A stretch of 64,000 nt of DNA, taken from positions 67,580,001 to 67,644,000 of the forward strand of contig NC_043003.1 of NCBI RefSeq assembly GCF_006345805.1, written 5' to 3'. The translations under genes were made by a program, and so were the position numbers. The stretch comes from Octopus sinensis. Taxonomy: Eukaryota. Of the stretch, positions 24,645 through 39,030 are shown in pieces; within the stretch, counting starts at the first letter, position 1; each line of letters starts with the position of its first letter. Under the pieces are notes generated by a model. It worked only from the letters and a program-made list of their open reading frames with translations, was not told the DNA's origin and made no database searches.

Positions 24645-26989
24645 GTATATACAAATATGTATGAAATTTTAAAATATTGTTAAAAGTCACAAATGGTATA
24701 CATCTTAATAAGATCTTCTTAACATTTCAGCATCCTTCATTTGACAGTTAAGATATATTTTAAACTTACCATATATTTGATGCAATTTACTCATCTAATT
24801 TGCAGTCTTCTACAAATATGTCACTTCATTGCAATTTAGTGCCCATTAACTGCAATATAATAAGCGAAACTATTTTATTTTCATTTCAAATATCATTCCA
24901 ATATGCCGTTTTGCTGACAACTATTCTATCAAAATGAATCTCGCAAAGAACGAGAATGTTTATATCTAAGATGTTAGTACTAGATTTATGATAATTGATT
25001 AATACAATGAATATTAGAGTTTAATTTTCGTGCTTCTAGATTGATTTATTTGCATTATTATGCAATTAATGTGGCAAGGTGGCAAAATCTTAACCGTCCG
25101 TGAAAAGGTTTGGTGGCATTTCGTCTGTCTTCACGTTTTGTGTTCAATTTCCGCAGAGGTCAACTATACTTTTCATTCTTTCGGGGCCGATAAAATAAGT
25201 ACTATGTGATAACTGTAATCGACTTGCCCTCTCTCCCGAAATTTCTAGCCTTGTACCTAATCTCGAAACCATTAATATGTAATTAAAATAGTGTTGCAAT
25301 GGGAGCTTCGTCAGGGATTTCGTGAAAATATTTCGATTCCTTATGTTCGGATTTGAAATCCCACCTAGATCTACTTTACGTTCCATCCGCTTGTGGATGA
25401 CAAAATAAACTGCCCCTCAAGTGCTAAGACAACTTTAATTTTAGTGCCTGCGTCTGAACAAAAAAATTAACGGTGGAAATCTCGTTTAAGCATCCCCATA
25501 TAACCTCCTCATGACTTTTTCAAATTTAGAATTTTCAGAAAGTTTCTGCGAAATTATGATCTAGACAGGAAAAAAATGAAGATTTTTGTGCGTGTAATTC
25601 AAAGGCGAGTAAGCTGTTATTTTTAGCAAAATTCATGACCACCTCATACCGTCTGTTTTATTGTCCGTCTCACATGCATTGATGAATTTCAGTATTTTGC
25701 TCCCCTCAGACTCATTCGATAGAGTGATGATTCACTCAGGGTTGGTCCTTTTCCTGGAATTTAAGTAAAATAATTCGGATTCACCGAATTTCAAACCCTG
25801 ATTTTTAAAAAAAGTATAGAAATTTTAGGATTTAGGGGTGGGGGTGAAAATTAAACAAGTAAGACTCTTCATAATTATATCATCAATTCTCGTGTGTAAA
25901 GCAAATTCGCAAAAATATTCTGCAAATTCAAAAAAAAAAAAAAATTGAGGCATTATATGGGTTGTTAAAAGTAGAATTCCGTCAAAAAAAATGTTATTAA
26001 TATAAAGAAATGATTTGGTGAAATAATTAAAGCGTCGAGAGAATTGCTTCTCCGTTTTGTTCGGACTATTCATGTTCTAAATTCAAATTCTGTCGAGGTG
26101 ACCTTTGACCTTCATCTCTCCAATGTTGACTGAATAAAATAACAGTCAAACACTGACATTGATGTTATTGACTAGCTTCAATGTTAAAAAGCCCTGGCTT
26201 CATGCCTAAATTAAAGTGTATGATTATGTAATTAAGAGGATGGTAAATATAGCAGCTATCAGGATAAACTGTCAATATTCATGTTTTGATAACTGTAATT
26301 CTGAATTAAGTAGAAACGATTCATCACTGGATTCATAATTATTAAAGCGGAAACAGATATAAATCATCAAGAAATGGTGAAATCTTTAATATTTAGTTAA
26401 TGATGATTTCATTTAAGAGATGATTACATTTCAGAGATGAATGCATTTGAAAGCTGAAATGAATACATTTCTATGCTCCTCTTTCCTTCTTCGTATCCAC
26501 GAATGGCCCTTGGTTACTTCGTTCATAAACGCTATGTGGAATTCCAAATGTATACGCATTTCATGATCGAAGAAAAGATTAAATAACATGGTGATAGTTT
26601 TCTGTATAATGTTTGATATATTTATTCCAACCACTAATCAAAACAATTTATAAGTCATCTAATGGTCAGAACATAATTTTAAGAGTGATATATATATATA
26701 TATCTTTGGTTTACAGTGTAGTTATTTGCAGGAGTAATGATTTTATACGTATAATGGCAAGATTTGAAATTAAGAGAAATCTATATAGCATACATTTAAT
26801 TTCATCGTTTTACTACTTTGCCTTCCGTTTCGTTAGTCGTGACACTAGTCAGAGTAGCATAATACTTTACGCAGTCCAAAAATTAATGCGGTTTCAATTT
26901 TCTTGTAGGGAACTCGTTGGAGTATTTTGACTCAGTTTTTTAACAAATGAAATGTGTTTTATAGTGATTCCTTTTTATTCACTTTCGGG

Positions 26990-28200
26990 TCAGGAGGAAG
27001 AGTCATCTTTCATAGCCTCTGCATGAGTAATCAGTAATTCTGATTCTATTGATTGAATAGCAGAAGGAAATCGTCCTAGGAAGGAAAGATTGGGTGAGGA
27101 GGTTTGTGTGTGACGTGGGCTTAGGATGTGAGAGTAATGAGAGGAGAAGAATCCCGTGATAAACCAAGCGATCTGCAAAAATACAGAAGCCCTTGTAGCA
27201 GTGGTACACAGGCAGATGTTGAAGATTACAATCCTGGGCGATAAATGCCCGAGTATTTCTCCAAGTGATTTAATGCCACTCAGAATGTGCTCCTTCATTC
27301 ATGTGAAAGAGGATATATGTGTTTTTTGGAGCATCATGTCATATAGGTAAGAGTAAAGTTTAATTGTAGGTCTCGGTAGAGTTTTGTAGAGTTGCGGAAT
27401 AAATATCTTGTGACATAGTTGCTACTGAGTTTTGTCGATTGAGAAGGAAGGTAAAATTCCAAATTTAGATTTAATATTATCCTAATTAAAATGCTTCAGT
27501 ATATAATGTATATAGTACACATTGCATGTTATTATTTGCATGTTAATGTTGATAATTATATTTATTAAATGACAAGAAACAAATGCTCATTTATGCTTTG
27601 TTTCAATAAGATTAATATCATAATTGGATTAATTACAAAATATTTGTTTTACACGAAAAAATAAAAATTAAAATAAATATATTTAGTACCTTGCGTTAAA
27701 ATCTGTACGAAAACGTGAACTAAACTAGCGTCTTATTAGAATCGTCACTACCTCATGCAAGTGGTTTAATGCCACTCAGAATGTGCTCCTTTATTCAGGT
27801 GAAAGCGGATATATGTATGTGCAGCATCATGTCATATGTAAGAGTAAAGCTTAATTGTAGGTCTCGGTAGAGTTTTGTAGAGTTGTTCCTGAGTTTTATA
27901 GATGCATTGTTTCGATTCAGTTTCGCCATGTAAACGTGCGTTATTGCCACTCCATTTATAAGAAGTCCTTGTTGATGTGAAAGGGTGCGATAATGTTTGC
28001 TGGATATGAGTTTCGCTTGTGTCTCGTTCCTGTTGTAAGAGTAAATACTAGCTTAAACGATGTATTCTTGATGTCTGTTTAAAGAGTCTGTGTTAATTTG
28101 GGAGTCGATATGTAGGTTGAGTGTGGATGATATATGCTTGGAGATCGGTATGGGCAAGGTAATAGTGATGTCGTCTGTGTAAGGGTGCAGGGGACTGTAG
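26990..28200 (-). mobile_element. Heavily decayed non-LTR retrotransposon RT/thumb fragments
   Basis: Minus-strand translation gives PYTDDITIT (YADD-like) and QLYKTLPRPTIKLY (thumb-like), with many stops and frameshifts. Confidence 0.5.
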
Positions 28201-31200
28201 ATAGAGGAGAGTAAATATATCGCTTATAGAAGGGAGAGAGTAGATGAGGAGCTGAGTAGGTACAAGATCAAATTAAAAGTGCATCAAAACAAACATAGAG
28301 ATTATGCATTGAGACAGGGAACCGGAAACCTAAGAGATTGCAAACTGGTGCATTTCATCAGCGTGAGCTTCGGGTGAAAATGTTTTGTCAGTACCAAAAA
28401 TTTTGCTGATATCGAAGACTACAAGTGTGCTTTCACCAAAGTTATACATATTTTTTTATGAAAGCTAATCGGGATTTCATCTATCTATAGTTAATGTTCC
28501 GCATTATTCAAATATAATATAAACATATATGTGTGTGTTTGTATGCATGTGGGTGTGAGCGCGTATGTGTGTGTCTCCAAGCGGGATGTGTGTGCATGAG
28601 CGCATGCGTATCTGTGTGTGTTGTTTAGCTGTGGACACATTCACTTCTGTATATATACAACAGTGTGTGTGTGTGTCTGTCTGTGTGTGTGTGTGTGTCT
28701 GTGTGTGTGTGTGTGTGTGTCTGTGTGTCTGTGTTTTTAAGCTTGGACTGCACTGATGAAAGATAATGCAAACTTGGTGAAAATTTGGTTGCAATTCGTA
28801 AGAGCTCGAGCACAGTGTGACCTCCGTTCTTTGGCACACTGTAAGCCCCACATTTGTATAACCCCAAAACGGTTGTAAGGGAACTGATCTGTGATGGAAG
28901 CTGCTTTAGTCATTCAAATCCTGTCGTTTATATATTTACTAACAGTGACATTATTTCACACGGCAGAACGTGGTTCATGAGCGACAGCCTACCTTTCTTT
29001 GTGTCGTAGATTGTGTGAAATTTTGTTAGCAGATTTTCAACAAAACTCTCGGAAAAGGAATTGATATTTTCCGCCCTTCCATTCATTCCATCTTCCATTC
29101 ACTCAACCCCTTAGTGCTTCGTCACATGTTTCTATTTCCCATCTTCCGTGTCTTTGATTAAATTACCAGGCTAGTCACACCATTCCTACATAGAATTCAT
29201 CGCATTTAAAGACGGCTTGTGTATTGAGTTTTCATGTACTGGAAGGTGATAAAAGTGAAGGTGTTTTCACAACACACATGCACACAAACACGCATACACA
29301 TACATATTTACATGGACACAAACTTACACACATATTCAAGCACACATATATTTAATGACAATTTAATGAGAGAAACGTGTTCTATGCACCTACAAAACAT
29401 TAAGATTTGTGGAACCGAGTCAAACTATTATTAAGAATATACGAAACAACAGTTATGTGTTTGTTCTTTAACTCATATATATAGTTATATAACGTATAAG
29501 GAAAGGAAAAAATAGGTGTAGATGTTACTTTATTCAAAGTTGTTACAAATCCTATAAATACAAATTGTTTCCAAGCCTAATTAATTCATACCAAAACGAA
29601 ATATATTCATTTTGAAATCGCAAATTAGGCTTTACCTCAAGGAATTCATTATTGGAATAAATAGGTTCAACCAACAAAAATATTGAGACATTTACCATAG
29701 TCTAGAGAGGAGCAAACAATTCAATTATGATAGAAAGAAATTACCCGAACGCCAGACTGATCAAAACCAGAAAAATACATAAATCCCCTTCAGCGTTGAT
29801 TAAAAGAACAATTTACAATATAGAAGTACTTCTTAACGTCATTTGCAATTACAGTCTATACAAAAAAAAATGAAATAGGCACAAGAGTGATTGTGTGGTA
29901 AGTAGCCTGCTTACTTCAGAAGAGAGAGGACGCGTTTTTTTCTTTTTTTCTCGCGATAGAAGTAACGTCGGCGTGTGTCAGTGGCGTGAAATAGTGAAGT
30001 ACGACTACTAAGTAAGACGTCTGATTTTTTGGGACATAGTGGGGTTCTGTTGATCATATTATTTATTTTTTGTCGAAGAAGGGGTTTCCACTGGTTTCCA
30101 TACATTTGTCTGCCAGTGGTCATGTTTAAGGTCTCAGTTGGTTGTGTGAGGATTGTTTTGGTAGGCGTGTCCCTACTGAAAAGTGTGTTATTTCTGACTA
30201 TTTCGGCCAGGAGGATTACCATGTGACCTGGAGTACATTTTGTGTTTCAAGTCTCACTTAGCTGTAATAAACCGAAATTGGAATATTTTTGTGCTACGAC
30301 GGCAAAACTACATTCGTGTGGACTACTTAAGTAGCGGATTGTGATGCCATTGAGCTATCTTTCTTTGTTCTTTCTTCTTTGCTCTATCTTTCTGTTCTTT
30401 TTCTTTTCTTTTTTTTCATTTGGAACTTTTTTCGAACATTTTTTGATTTGATCTATTTTGTCATTATGGCAACTAAAACCACTGTATTGGAGTGGCAAAT
30501 TGTGGCCCCCAAGCGGTGGCTGGAAAATTTTAACGGGAAATATCCAAAAGGAGTTGGCAGAATACCTGCCAACTATCAAGTTCATTGCAAGAGTTGTTAG
30601 ACATGCAACGGTGTCGTTGCTGTTTAACACACCTCTGGAGGCTCGAGATTTTGCAAGGCACCGTTAGAAGGGGAGAAAATCCTGCTTCTCCCCACTTATG
30701 AAGGGAGGAGATTGAAAAGAGATTGGGTATTTGTGGGCTGCCACCCGGTATAGAGACCGAATGGATAGCAGACACTATCCGCCGGGGTCTGGGTAGATAA
30801 CACCATGAAAACCAAATATTAAATAATGATCTTCATTAGCTCACAGCTGTTTCTGCAATACGATCTGGGGGACACTAAGTTGAGTACCAGGATAACATCC
30901 TATAGTTTCATCATATAATTGGGTCATCGATCAACTAAACCGGCAACCAAATCAAACTCACTCGATGACGAGCAGATTGAAAAGAAGTGTAAAATTCCAA
31001 ATTTAGATTAATATTATGCTAATTAAAATGCTTCAGTATACAATGTATAACTGCATGTTATTATTTGCATGTTAATGTTGATAACTATATTTATTAAATC
31101 ACAAGAAACAAATGCTCATTTCTGCCTTGTTTCAATAAGATTAGTAACATAATTGGATTAATTAAAAAATGTTTGTTTTACGCGAAAAAAAATTAAAAGA

Positions 31201-31324
31201 AATATATTTAGTACTTTGCATTTATACATGTACGAATGCGTGGACTAAACTAGCTTCTTATTAGAATCGTCACCACCTCATGCGACAATCATATTATACC
31301 CAAATTGTTTTTGTCAATAGTGAA

Positions 31325-31647
31325 GGCGCACGGCTCAGTAGTTAGAGCGACGATCGCAAGGCTGTGAGTTCGAATCCCGGACCGGGTTGCGCGTTGTGTT
31401 CTTGAGCAAGACACTTTATTTCACGTTGCTCCAGTTCACTCAGCTGTAGAAATGAGTTGCGACGTCACAGGTGCCACGCTGTATCTGCTGTTGCCTTTCC
31501 CTTGGATAACAATGGTGGCATGGAGAGAGGAGGCCGGTATGCATGGGCGACTGCTGGAATTCCATAAAGAAACTTGCCCGGAATCTTGCCTGGGAGAGTA
31601 ACTCCCTAGATGCAAGCTCACGGTCAGTCATGACCGAAGGGGGTCTC
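31325..31647 (+). mobile_element. tRNA-derived SINE, second family, near full length
   Basis: A box ggctcagtagttagagc, B box gagttcgaatccc, central gttgtgttcttgagcaagacacttta domain. Confidence 0.85.
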
Positions 31648-34600
31648 AAAGTTTTCGTCAATGCGCGTCTTCATATATGTACTAGTAAGTAACTCCCGAA
31701 TGATTAAGCTGATGTTTGTATAACGATGGTATATTCAACGTCTGAGTTCAAATTCCGCCGAGGTCGACTTTGCCTTCCATCCTTTCGGGGTCGATTAAAT
31801 AAGTACCAGTTACGCACTGGGGTCGATGTAATCGACTTAATACCTATGTCTGTCCTTGTTTGTCCCCTCTATGTTTAGCCCCTTGTGGGTAATAAAGAAA
31901 TAGGTATATTCAACGTTTACGTAACCAGTTTTGAAAGCATTAATATTTTGACAGTTTCTCTTTAAAATTTCATTCAATTCTCCAGCATGAGACTTTAATC
32001 TAAAAATAAAGAAAATACAGCTACGACGTGAAGGAATAACAATGTATATTAGGTTGATTCTCAGAAAAAAGTGGAAGGTGACTTTAACCTTCCGAGCCTA
32101 CGCTCTTCTACGAAAGAATAAATGAGCAGAGAGACATGGAGAGAAAAAATAAAGAAAAAAAAAAGGTGTCAGGGGACGACATACGTTTGTTAGTCGTCGT
32201 CTTTATTTACATTTGATTCCGGTCTTGATGGAAATATTTGTCTAGTTTCTGCTTGCATCAATTGTTTTCGAGAAACAAAATGGCGGATTATAATTCTAAA
32301 CATTTCTAAAGTTTCTGAGGAAACTTCCTGTTCAGTTAAGTTTGACACATGATTTGGCTACTTCAGCTTGTCTCTGCATTGCTTACTGTCATAAGATCTG
32401 TCAGTTGTATTCGAAAATACCAATAATAACTACCAGTAAGATTAAAAGTCAGAAAGATAAAGAAACCCGTTTAAAGTAGACAATACTATGTTTATACACA
32501 AACCAGATGTGAATAATACAAGATTGTAGGTTAGTAAGTAAATTTGGCTTGATGTAGGAAGTCGTATATTTACCAAGTGTATTGATGTTGTTCAATCAGT
32601 GTAAGTCAAAATGTAAAAACAGAATATTAGTACCAGACGAAACTGTTGGAGAAGAAGCGAAATGGAATGTAGCCGAAGAAAGAATACTAAATTATTTCAA
32701 CAGGATATTTAAACATCTGCCATATATAGATATTTGTTTTATATATATGTACGTATGTATGTAAATATTTCAACAGAGTCACTTTCAATATACAACTATC
32801 AGTTCGATTATAGTAGATTGTACCTTATGAAGTTATATGAAAGCCTATATCTTCCTCTAATTTTTGTTGTTGTTGTAATTGTTCCTTTTCTTTTCCTTCT
32901 CCTTCTTCTCCCCATTCTTCCCCTTCTCCCCCTATTCTTCTGCCACTTATGTCCGTAGGCATATATGATGTATGCCATGTATGCGTACATTTTGGTTAGT
33001 GTATATGTATGGATTGGAATACGTATGTGAATATATATATCCATACATATATACAAGTTAACACACAAACACACATTTACCTACATATGTATACATACAT
33101 ACACGCACATATAATTCAAATTAACAGAAAAGAAAAGAAAATTCAGGTGTAGAAACAACAAGCATATGTATTAGTTTAACGTTCAAGAAGAATGGTAATT
33201 TTTTACGTTTCGAGCCTACGTTCATCGACTGAAAAGATTAAGAGGAAAAAATGCGAAGTTATTTGTGAAGAGACTCAAATGTACAAGTTACGATCTCTTG
33301 AAGTCGATGGTTCACCCAATGTAGACCCTTAGTTGGTGTGAACGTGGGCTTCTACTGTACGTTTATATACAAGGTGTTATAAATATCATGTCTATGACTC
33401 TGATATACCTAGGGACGCTCTGAAGTCGCACTTGGTTTTGAAGCATGGTCCCACTAATTCATTAACTTACAATACATGTAATGTTATACATTCTGCTCTA
33501 AGGTCCGAAATGTGGATAATCATTGTCTGCAGTGCCTTAGCTCCAGAATTAATACCAATTAGAATGACTGTGGTGGACTCGGGCCAAATACAAGCAAATA
33601 TCTTAAACCCGACTTACTTCGCCTTAAATATGCAACCCCCTCCCACCTTCACCCGCTTGATTCCCTCTATAAGGGGAAGTGCTTTATTAGCCAATATATT
33701 TAGGGATCCCCAGTTAAGTGGTAGCATGTAAAACTGTACTGGAAAGGTTTCACAAAATTGCTCCCTGAAAGACAATTGCGGGCATTTTGTGGTAGAACAT
33801 CCTACATATATATATGTATATATGTGTGTATGTATGTATGTATGTATGTATGTATGTATGTAGGACGAAACACCCAGCATATATATTTGTATGTATGCAT
33901 GTATGAATATATATACATAGGTGTGTGTACACACAAGTACACACACGTTTCTATATTACAAATGAAAACGGGAGACAAAAGAGAAAGGGGAGAACGAATG
34001 GGAGAAAGGCATACTTTGTTATATCACATCATGTATTATGAAAAGCAGACAGAGGTATTGGACTTCGGATCTGATAAATATTATTGGTATTTTACGTGAT
34101 TCGGTTAGATTTTGGAAGTGATTAAGTTAGGTCTTTCCATTTCCAGCTCATATTTCATCTTATTTTTGTGTTACAAACGTTTGGTTAAACATTTTCTTTA
34201 AGATTTATTTCTCAAGATGTATCACTTACGACTTCTAGAGTCTCTCCATTTTGATATCAGTCTATAAATTTCTTCTATAAATGACTTTATATGACAATTA
34301 ACTGTCAGGTAATTTATGATATATTGTCTGACATGCCAGCTAATTTGAAAAATAAATATTATCAATTCATTTTTCACTATTAGTTGTAACAACCAAAGTG
34401 CCATCAAAATATAATTTAAAATAAGTAATATACATATATATACAATATTAAATCCAATTTCATGTCTAGACAATTATAAAATATATTCTCGCTTTACAGT
34501 TCTATATCGTTTTTTTCTTGGTACTAACGTGTGTGTCTTGTTTGCTTGGTGTTCATTAAAAAGCAATCGGTCGTATATTTTTATAAGACAAAGGGGCCAG

Positions 34601-35022
34601 CGATTATTTTAATATAGATAGGAGGTTAGACGATAAATTGGATATTTCCTGAAGAACTGGATAGACATGTATTATAATGTGCTCTCGGTATATATAGAAA
34701 CAAATGATTTACGAACTTGTGAATTGATGGAAGACTAATTTGATGTCATGTCTTTCACTACTAATTTGTGTGAAATATTTAATCGGAAATGTTTGGCAGG
34801 AAAATATGACAGTCGAATGTTCTGTTGTCAAAGTTGTGTTGTATGTAGTTGTTGACATTTTCCTCTTTTATCCAACAATAAACATGTCAGTCTTGTTCAA
34901 GCATTTTTGTATGTGTATGTATGTATATGTGAGTGTGAGTCTGTGATCTATGCATGCATGCATATATATATGTATATATACATGTCACTCTCTCTCTCTC
35001 TCTCTCTCTCTATACATATATA

Positions 35023-35080
<58 letters not shown>

Positions 35081-35178
35081 TAATCGTATGACAACAAAAG
35101 AATGAATATATAAATGGAGGAATTTATCTGTTACATAATATGTGACAATTATTCGGTTGCCTTAATAAAACTCCGAGT

Positions 35179-35297
35179 TTCGGAGTTGGGGCAGAAATCT
35201 ACTCCCGCATACCGTCCATTATTAAGACGAACAAAAAATCTTGTTTGTCTTAATAACTGACAAGATACCGGAGCAGATTTCCGCCCCGACATCCGAA
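35179..35297. repeat. Imperfect hairpin, MITE-like, about 55-bp arms
   Basis: ttcggagttggggcagaaatctactcc...ttattaagacgaaca versus the reverse complement ttcggatgtcggggcggaaatctgctcc...ttattaagacaaaca. Confidence 0.7.
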
Positions 35298-35797
35298 CGT
35301 AGTACCTTCTGTCGCACGGTAACTGTTTACACGTTTAGTTGTTTTATTTATAATGCTACTTCTCCATAGTTTTACTTTTATTTTCATTTAATTCTTTATA
35401 TACATCTACCACGATAACGGTCTTAATAGCTTGCTGTTTGGTTTTTAAATTTTACTGACCAATTATGTTGATGGCTGGACTTTGTTCAATACCATAACAG
35501 AGAACAAGCGGTTTGTCTTTATAATATGTCAGTAAACATATTAATGTAACTAATTTACGGGCATGTTATTTGGATAGATATTAATTAATACTATTTACGA
35601 AATATTAAGTGCTATCCTATTCCTAGACCTATCGACGAATCATGTTCTACTAAAATTTTTATTTAATTTTTTTAATTTTGTTTACACTTTGATACTCCTG
35701 GAGAAAGATTAACGCACCACATAATTTTCTAGTTTTGTCACTTGCTCAACGAATTGAAGTGTTACACTGCAAAATGGTACGATTCAAATATATTAAT

Positions 35798-36030
35798 GGC
35801 GGTGAGCTGGCAGACACGTTAGCGCGCCGGGCGAAATGCTTAGCGGTATTTCGTCTGTCGTTACGTTCTGAGTTCAAATTCCGCCGAGGTCAACTTTGCC
35901 TTTCATCCTTTCGGGGTCGATAAATAAAGTACCAGTTTCGCACTGGGGGGGGGGGGGGCATATAATCGACTCAATCCCATCGTCTGTCTTTGTTTGTCCC
36001 CTCTATGTTTAGCCCCTTGTGGGCAGTAAA
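35798..36030 (+). mobile_element. tRNA-derived SINE (OR-type), well-preserved copy
   Basis: ggcggtgagctggcagacacgttagcgcgccgggcgaaatgcttagcggtatttcgtc...gagttcaaattccgccgaggtc... Confidence 0.88.
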
Positions 36031-36418
36031 GTAATATATATTAAGCCGGCTTTTCTCATTTTGTGTCCCTGTTCTTTTCTCTTCACTTCTTTTATTTTAG
36101 GTATTTTCTTCACTCTGATATATGAACATGTATTTCAGTCCATTGTAGTTTCATTGGCAGATGTCGTCTCAGGGACTTCGGTGTTCGTGCTCCTGCTGGT
36201 TCTCTCAGCGATCGATGACCTGCTTGTCTTTAATATGATCATTATACTTCCAACTGCTTACTGTCTCAGCATTTGTTACAAGAGACTCTATGTTGTCCTT
36301 CATGTCGTTTCAATCCTACGGAGGAGTCTAGTTTTAGTGGAACTTTATGAAAGTTGAGCGAATTCGGAAGTACATCATTGTTTCTATTTCATTCCATCTC
36401 TAACTCATTTATATGTGA

Positions 36419-36720
36419 CTAGCAGTATCGCCCGGCGTTGCTCAGGTTTGTAAGGGAAATAACTATATAAGTATTTTTAGAGAGTTACTTGCCTTATATA
36501 AACCGAGCGAAAATGCATTAACAATGCGGAAAAATTATGGTATTTTTTTAAAAATCGTAGTCTCATCGTAGACGCGCGCTAATACCCAGAAGGGCTTGAT
36601 ATGAATCACGATTATAAGATACTCGCTTTTGGTTAAACTGCACCGCAAAATGTGGGAGTAGTTAGGAATCTAAATCAGTGTAGACAGGCACATACACAAC
36701 TTCAGTTTTATATATAAAGA
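36419..36720 (-). mobile_element. Non-autonomous Helitron-like element (302 bp)
   Basis: The minus strand starts TC(tttatatataa) and ends CTAG. An imperfect GC-rich hairpin lies 8 nt from the end. It is inserted between A and T with no TSD. Confidence 0.8.
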
Positions 36721-38225
36721 TTAGTCATCTTAATACCATGCATAGTAAAATGCTCTAAATGTGGCTTGCATTTTCATAGATATTTATTAGATCGATTTAA
36801 TACATCATACTATATTAGAAGTGCAATCTTTTGCTTAATTTCTTTTTTAAATGCAGTCGTTGTTGCGTTACTGCCACTCCCGTCTGAGATTCTACATCTG
36901 CAACAAACGATGCACCAATATCAGTAGCTGACGCGATCTTTTCGAGCGCAGCTCCATTGCTTTTCTAGCTCGAGGGGTGCCTAATTTGTGTTCGTTTGTA
37001 ATAAGTGAAGATTCCATTGTGTAACTCACCTAATTATTACAGACTGTATTAGTTCTATTTCTCTTATTATATATATCTAATTTCTGAATCACAGGTATAG
37101 ACAAAGAAGTTACTGGAAAATGAGTTCTGAATGATCTGGAAAATGAGTTCTGAGTAGTACTTGCAACCTGTCATACTGCTTGATTAAATTATTTGCATTT
37201 TCCAAATTTGGTAATAAATTTTGTCAGCTTATTCTAACTTGGAAGATTCATTCGGAAATGACATGTTGTCATCCTGAAAATTCCTTTAAAATGACAACTT
37301 CAAATTTAACATCTAAAATCCATAATCTCTTAATGCAAATGTCTTTGAGATATATACTTAGTGACAGAGACCTTTAAGCGCTATCACACGGTTATTAAAT
37401 GTGTGTGATGACGTCAAAACATATGGCGGGAAACGGTAAATAAAGTTGGCAAATACTGAAAATTACAAAAAGAAAACTTATGGAATAATGTGACGATAGA
37501 TTGTAGAGTATGAAAAATCCGCATTTTGGCTGACAGACGTGATGAGGCGCTAAATGAGACGTATTTTGGCCTTCTTTGCAACCAAACATTAGTAGGAAGG
37601 AAAATATTTATGTGTACCCCCACCACACACAAACAAATACATATATACATTCATAAATATATATACAGATATATAGAGAGATAGATATATAGATACATAA
37701 ATACATACATACGTATATACATATATGCATGCATAATTATTTGTATATTATATAAACAGATACATTAGTACACGTATACATGTATGTGTATATATAATGT
37801 ATAGTTCTGTGATGGTAAGATGAACAAATCAAAAGTGCTGCTACTAGTGAGATATAAATATTATTCAACAAATACAATATCTGTATTTTATGCGCCACTA
37901 CTAATTTTATGTAATGAGGCCATGTTTGACAGTATTTTTTAACACGTTCGGTTTCTCAGCACGATCTTCTGGCATTACACACGTAGCATTATAAAACAAA
38001 ATATGACGATGGAATGAGAGAATAAGCGAGAAAATGCGAGAAAGAAGTGTATATAATGTTGGTGGTTGAAATATCGGAAAACAAGGAAGATCTAAAGTAT
38101 TGGATGGAGGTAAATTAGAGTTCTTTCCCCATTGACATTAAAATGTAAAGCTGAAAATATACAGGCATCAAGTTTGTCGTACAGCTGTTCAGCGTGGAGG
38201 GAAGAGCGATTTCCAATTCATCAAC

Positions 38226-39030
38226 ACTTACTTAGCTACATGCTTACATCCACTGAAAGTTTCGGATGTAGCATTCAGCAGTGTGTTCCAAATCTAAAAA
38301 GGAGCTGAGTTCTTTCAGCTATGCATAACGTACATTTCTTTGAATATATGGTGTGGATTTTCGACTATTTTCCACTTTATCGTATGTGGTGTGGCGTTCG
38401 ACATCAGACCCCATACGTGCCTAGCCAACATTATAGCTTTACTTTTGTTCCTCTTCGGAAGGAAGATATATGATTAGCGTAATGATTTTTTAATTCGCTT
38501 TTACTTAATCCAATAGAAATCTTCTAATCGCTTGTGTTATCATCTAGCATTTCTGTTACTGCCACTTCACATTTGACGGATTTAATCATAAGCTCTGGTC
38601 GAGTGGACATGTTCTTGTGTTTCAGCATGGAATGGACCTTTGTTGTTCTCATGTAATGTTGATTTTAATGTTGGGGCAACAGGTATATAATTCCACTGTA
38701 CCAGGGATTTTCTGAAACATGCTTGTCAAGTAGAGACAGGAATTAGTTTTCACATTTAGGGAAACTGTGTGGCGCACCCAAATATTACCCTTTTTTAGGT
38801 CTATTTTTATCATTCTTATTGATATTACAGGAGTTATATAGTCGTTTTTCCTTAAAGCCACTATTGCTGAGGGCATTGTTGTAGTAAGGGACTACCTTCT
38901 CGAAAATTATTTTAGAAGAAGAGAGTTTGTTTTGCCATGTGATTAGTGCCTGAAGATTGTTGTGGGAGACAAGACCAGTTAAAAAATCCTGTCTGGCATG
39001 TTCTCATCTCGTGAATCTAACTGTAGCCAT
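38226..39030 (-). pseudogene. Decayed Penelope-like RT-thumb + GIY-YIG ORF
   Basis: Frameshifted pieces SSSKIIFEKVVPYY, NIWVRHTVSLNVKTN, YTCCPNI, CPL, IGLSKSELKNHYANHISSFR, LARHVWGL, KCTLCIAE and LLNATSETFSGCKH are collinear with the 49.6-51 kb ORF. Confidence 0.75.

Noticed and set aside
28748-28795. CTGATGA followed by GAAA
   Set aside because: No stem II adjacent to the core and no valid stem I.
31325-31380. tRNA-like A and B boxes
   Set aside because: This is the head of a SINE and does not complete a cloverleaf, so it is not called a tRNA gene.
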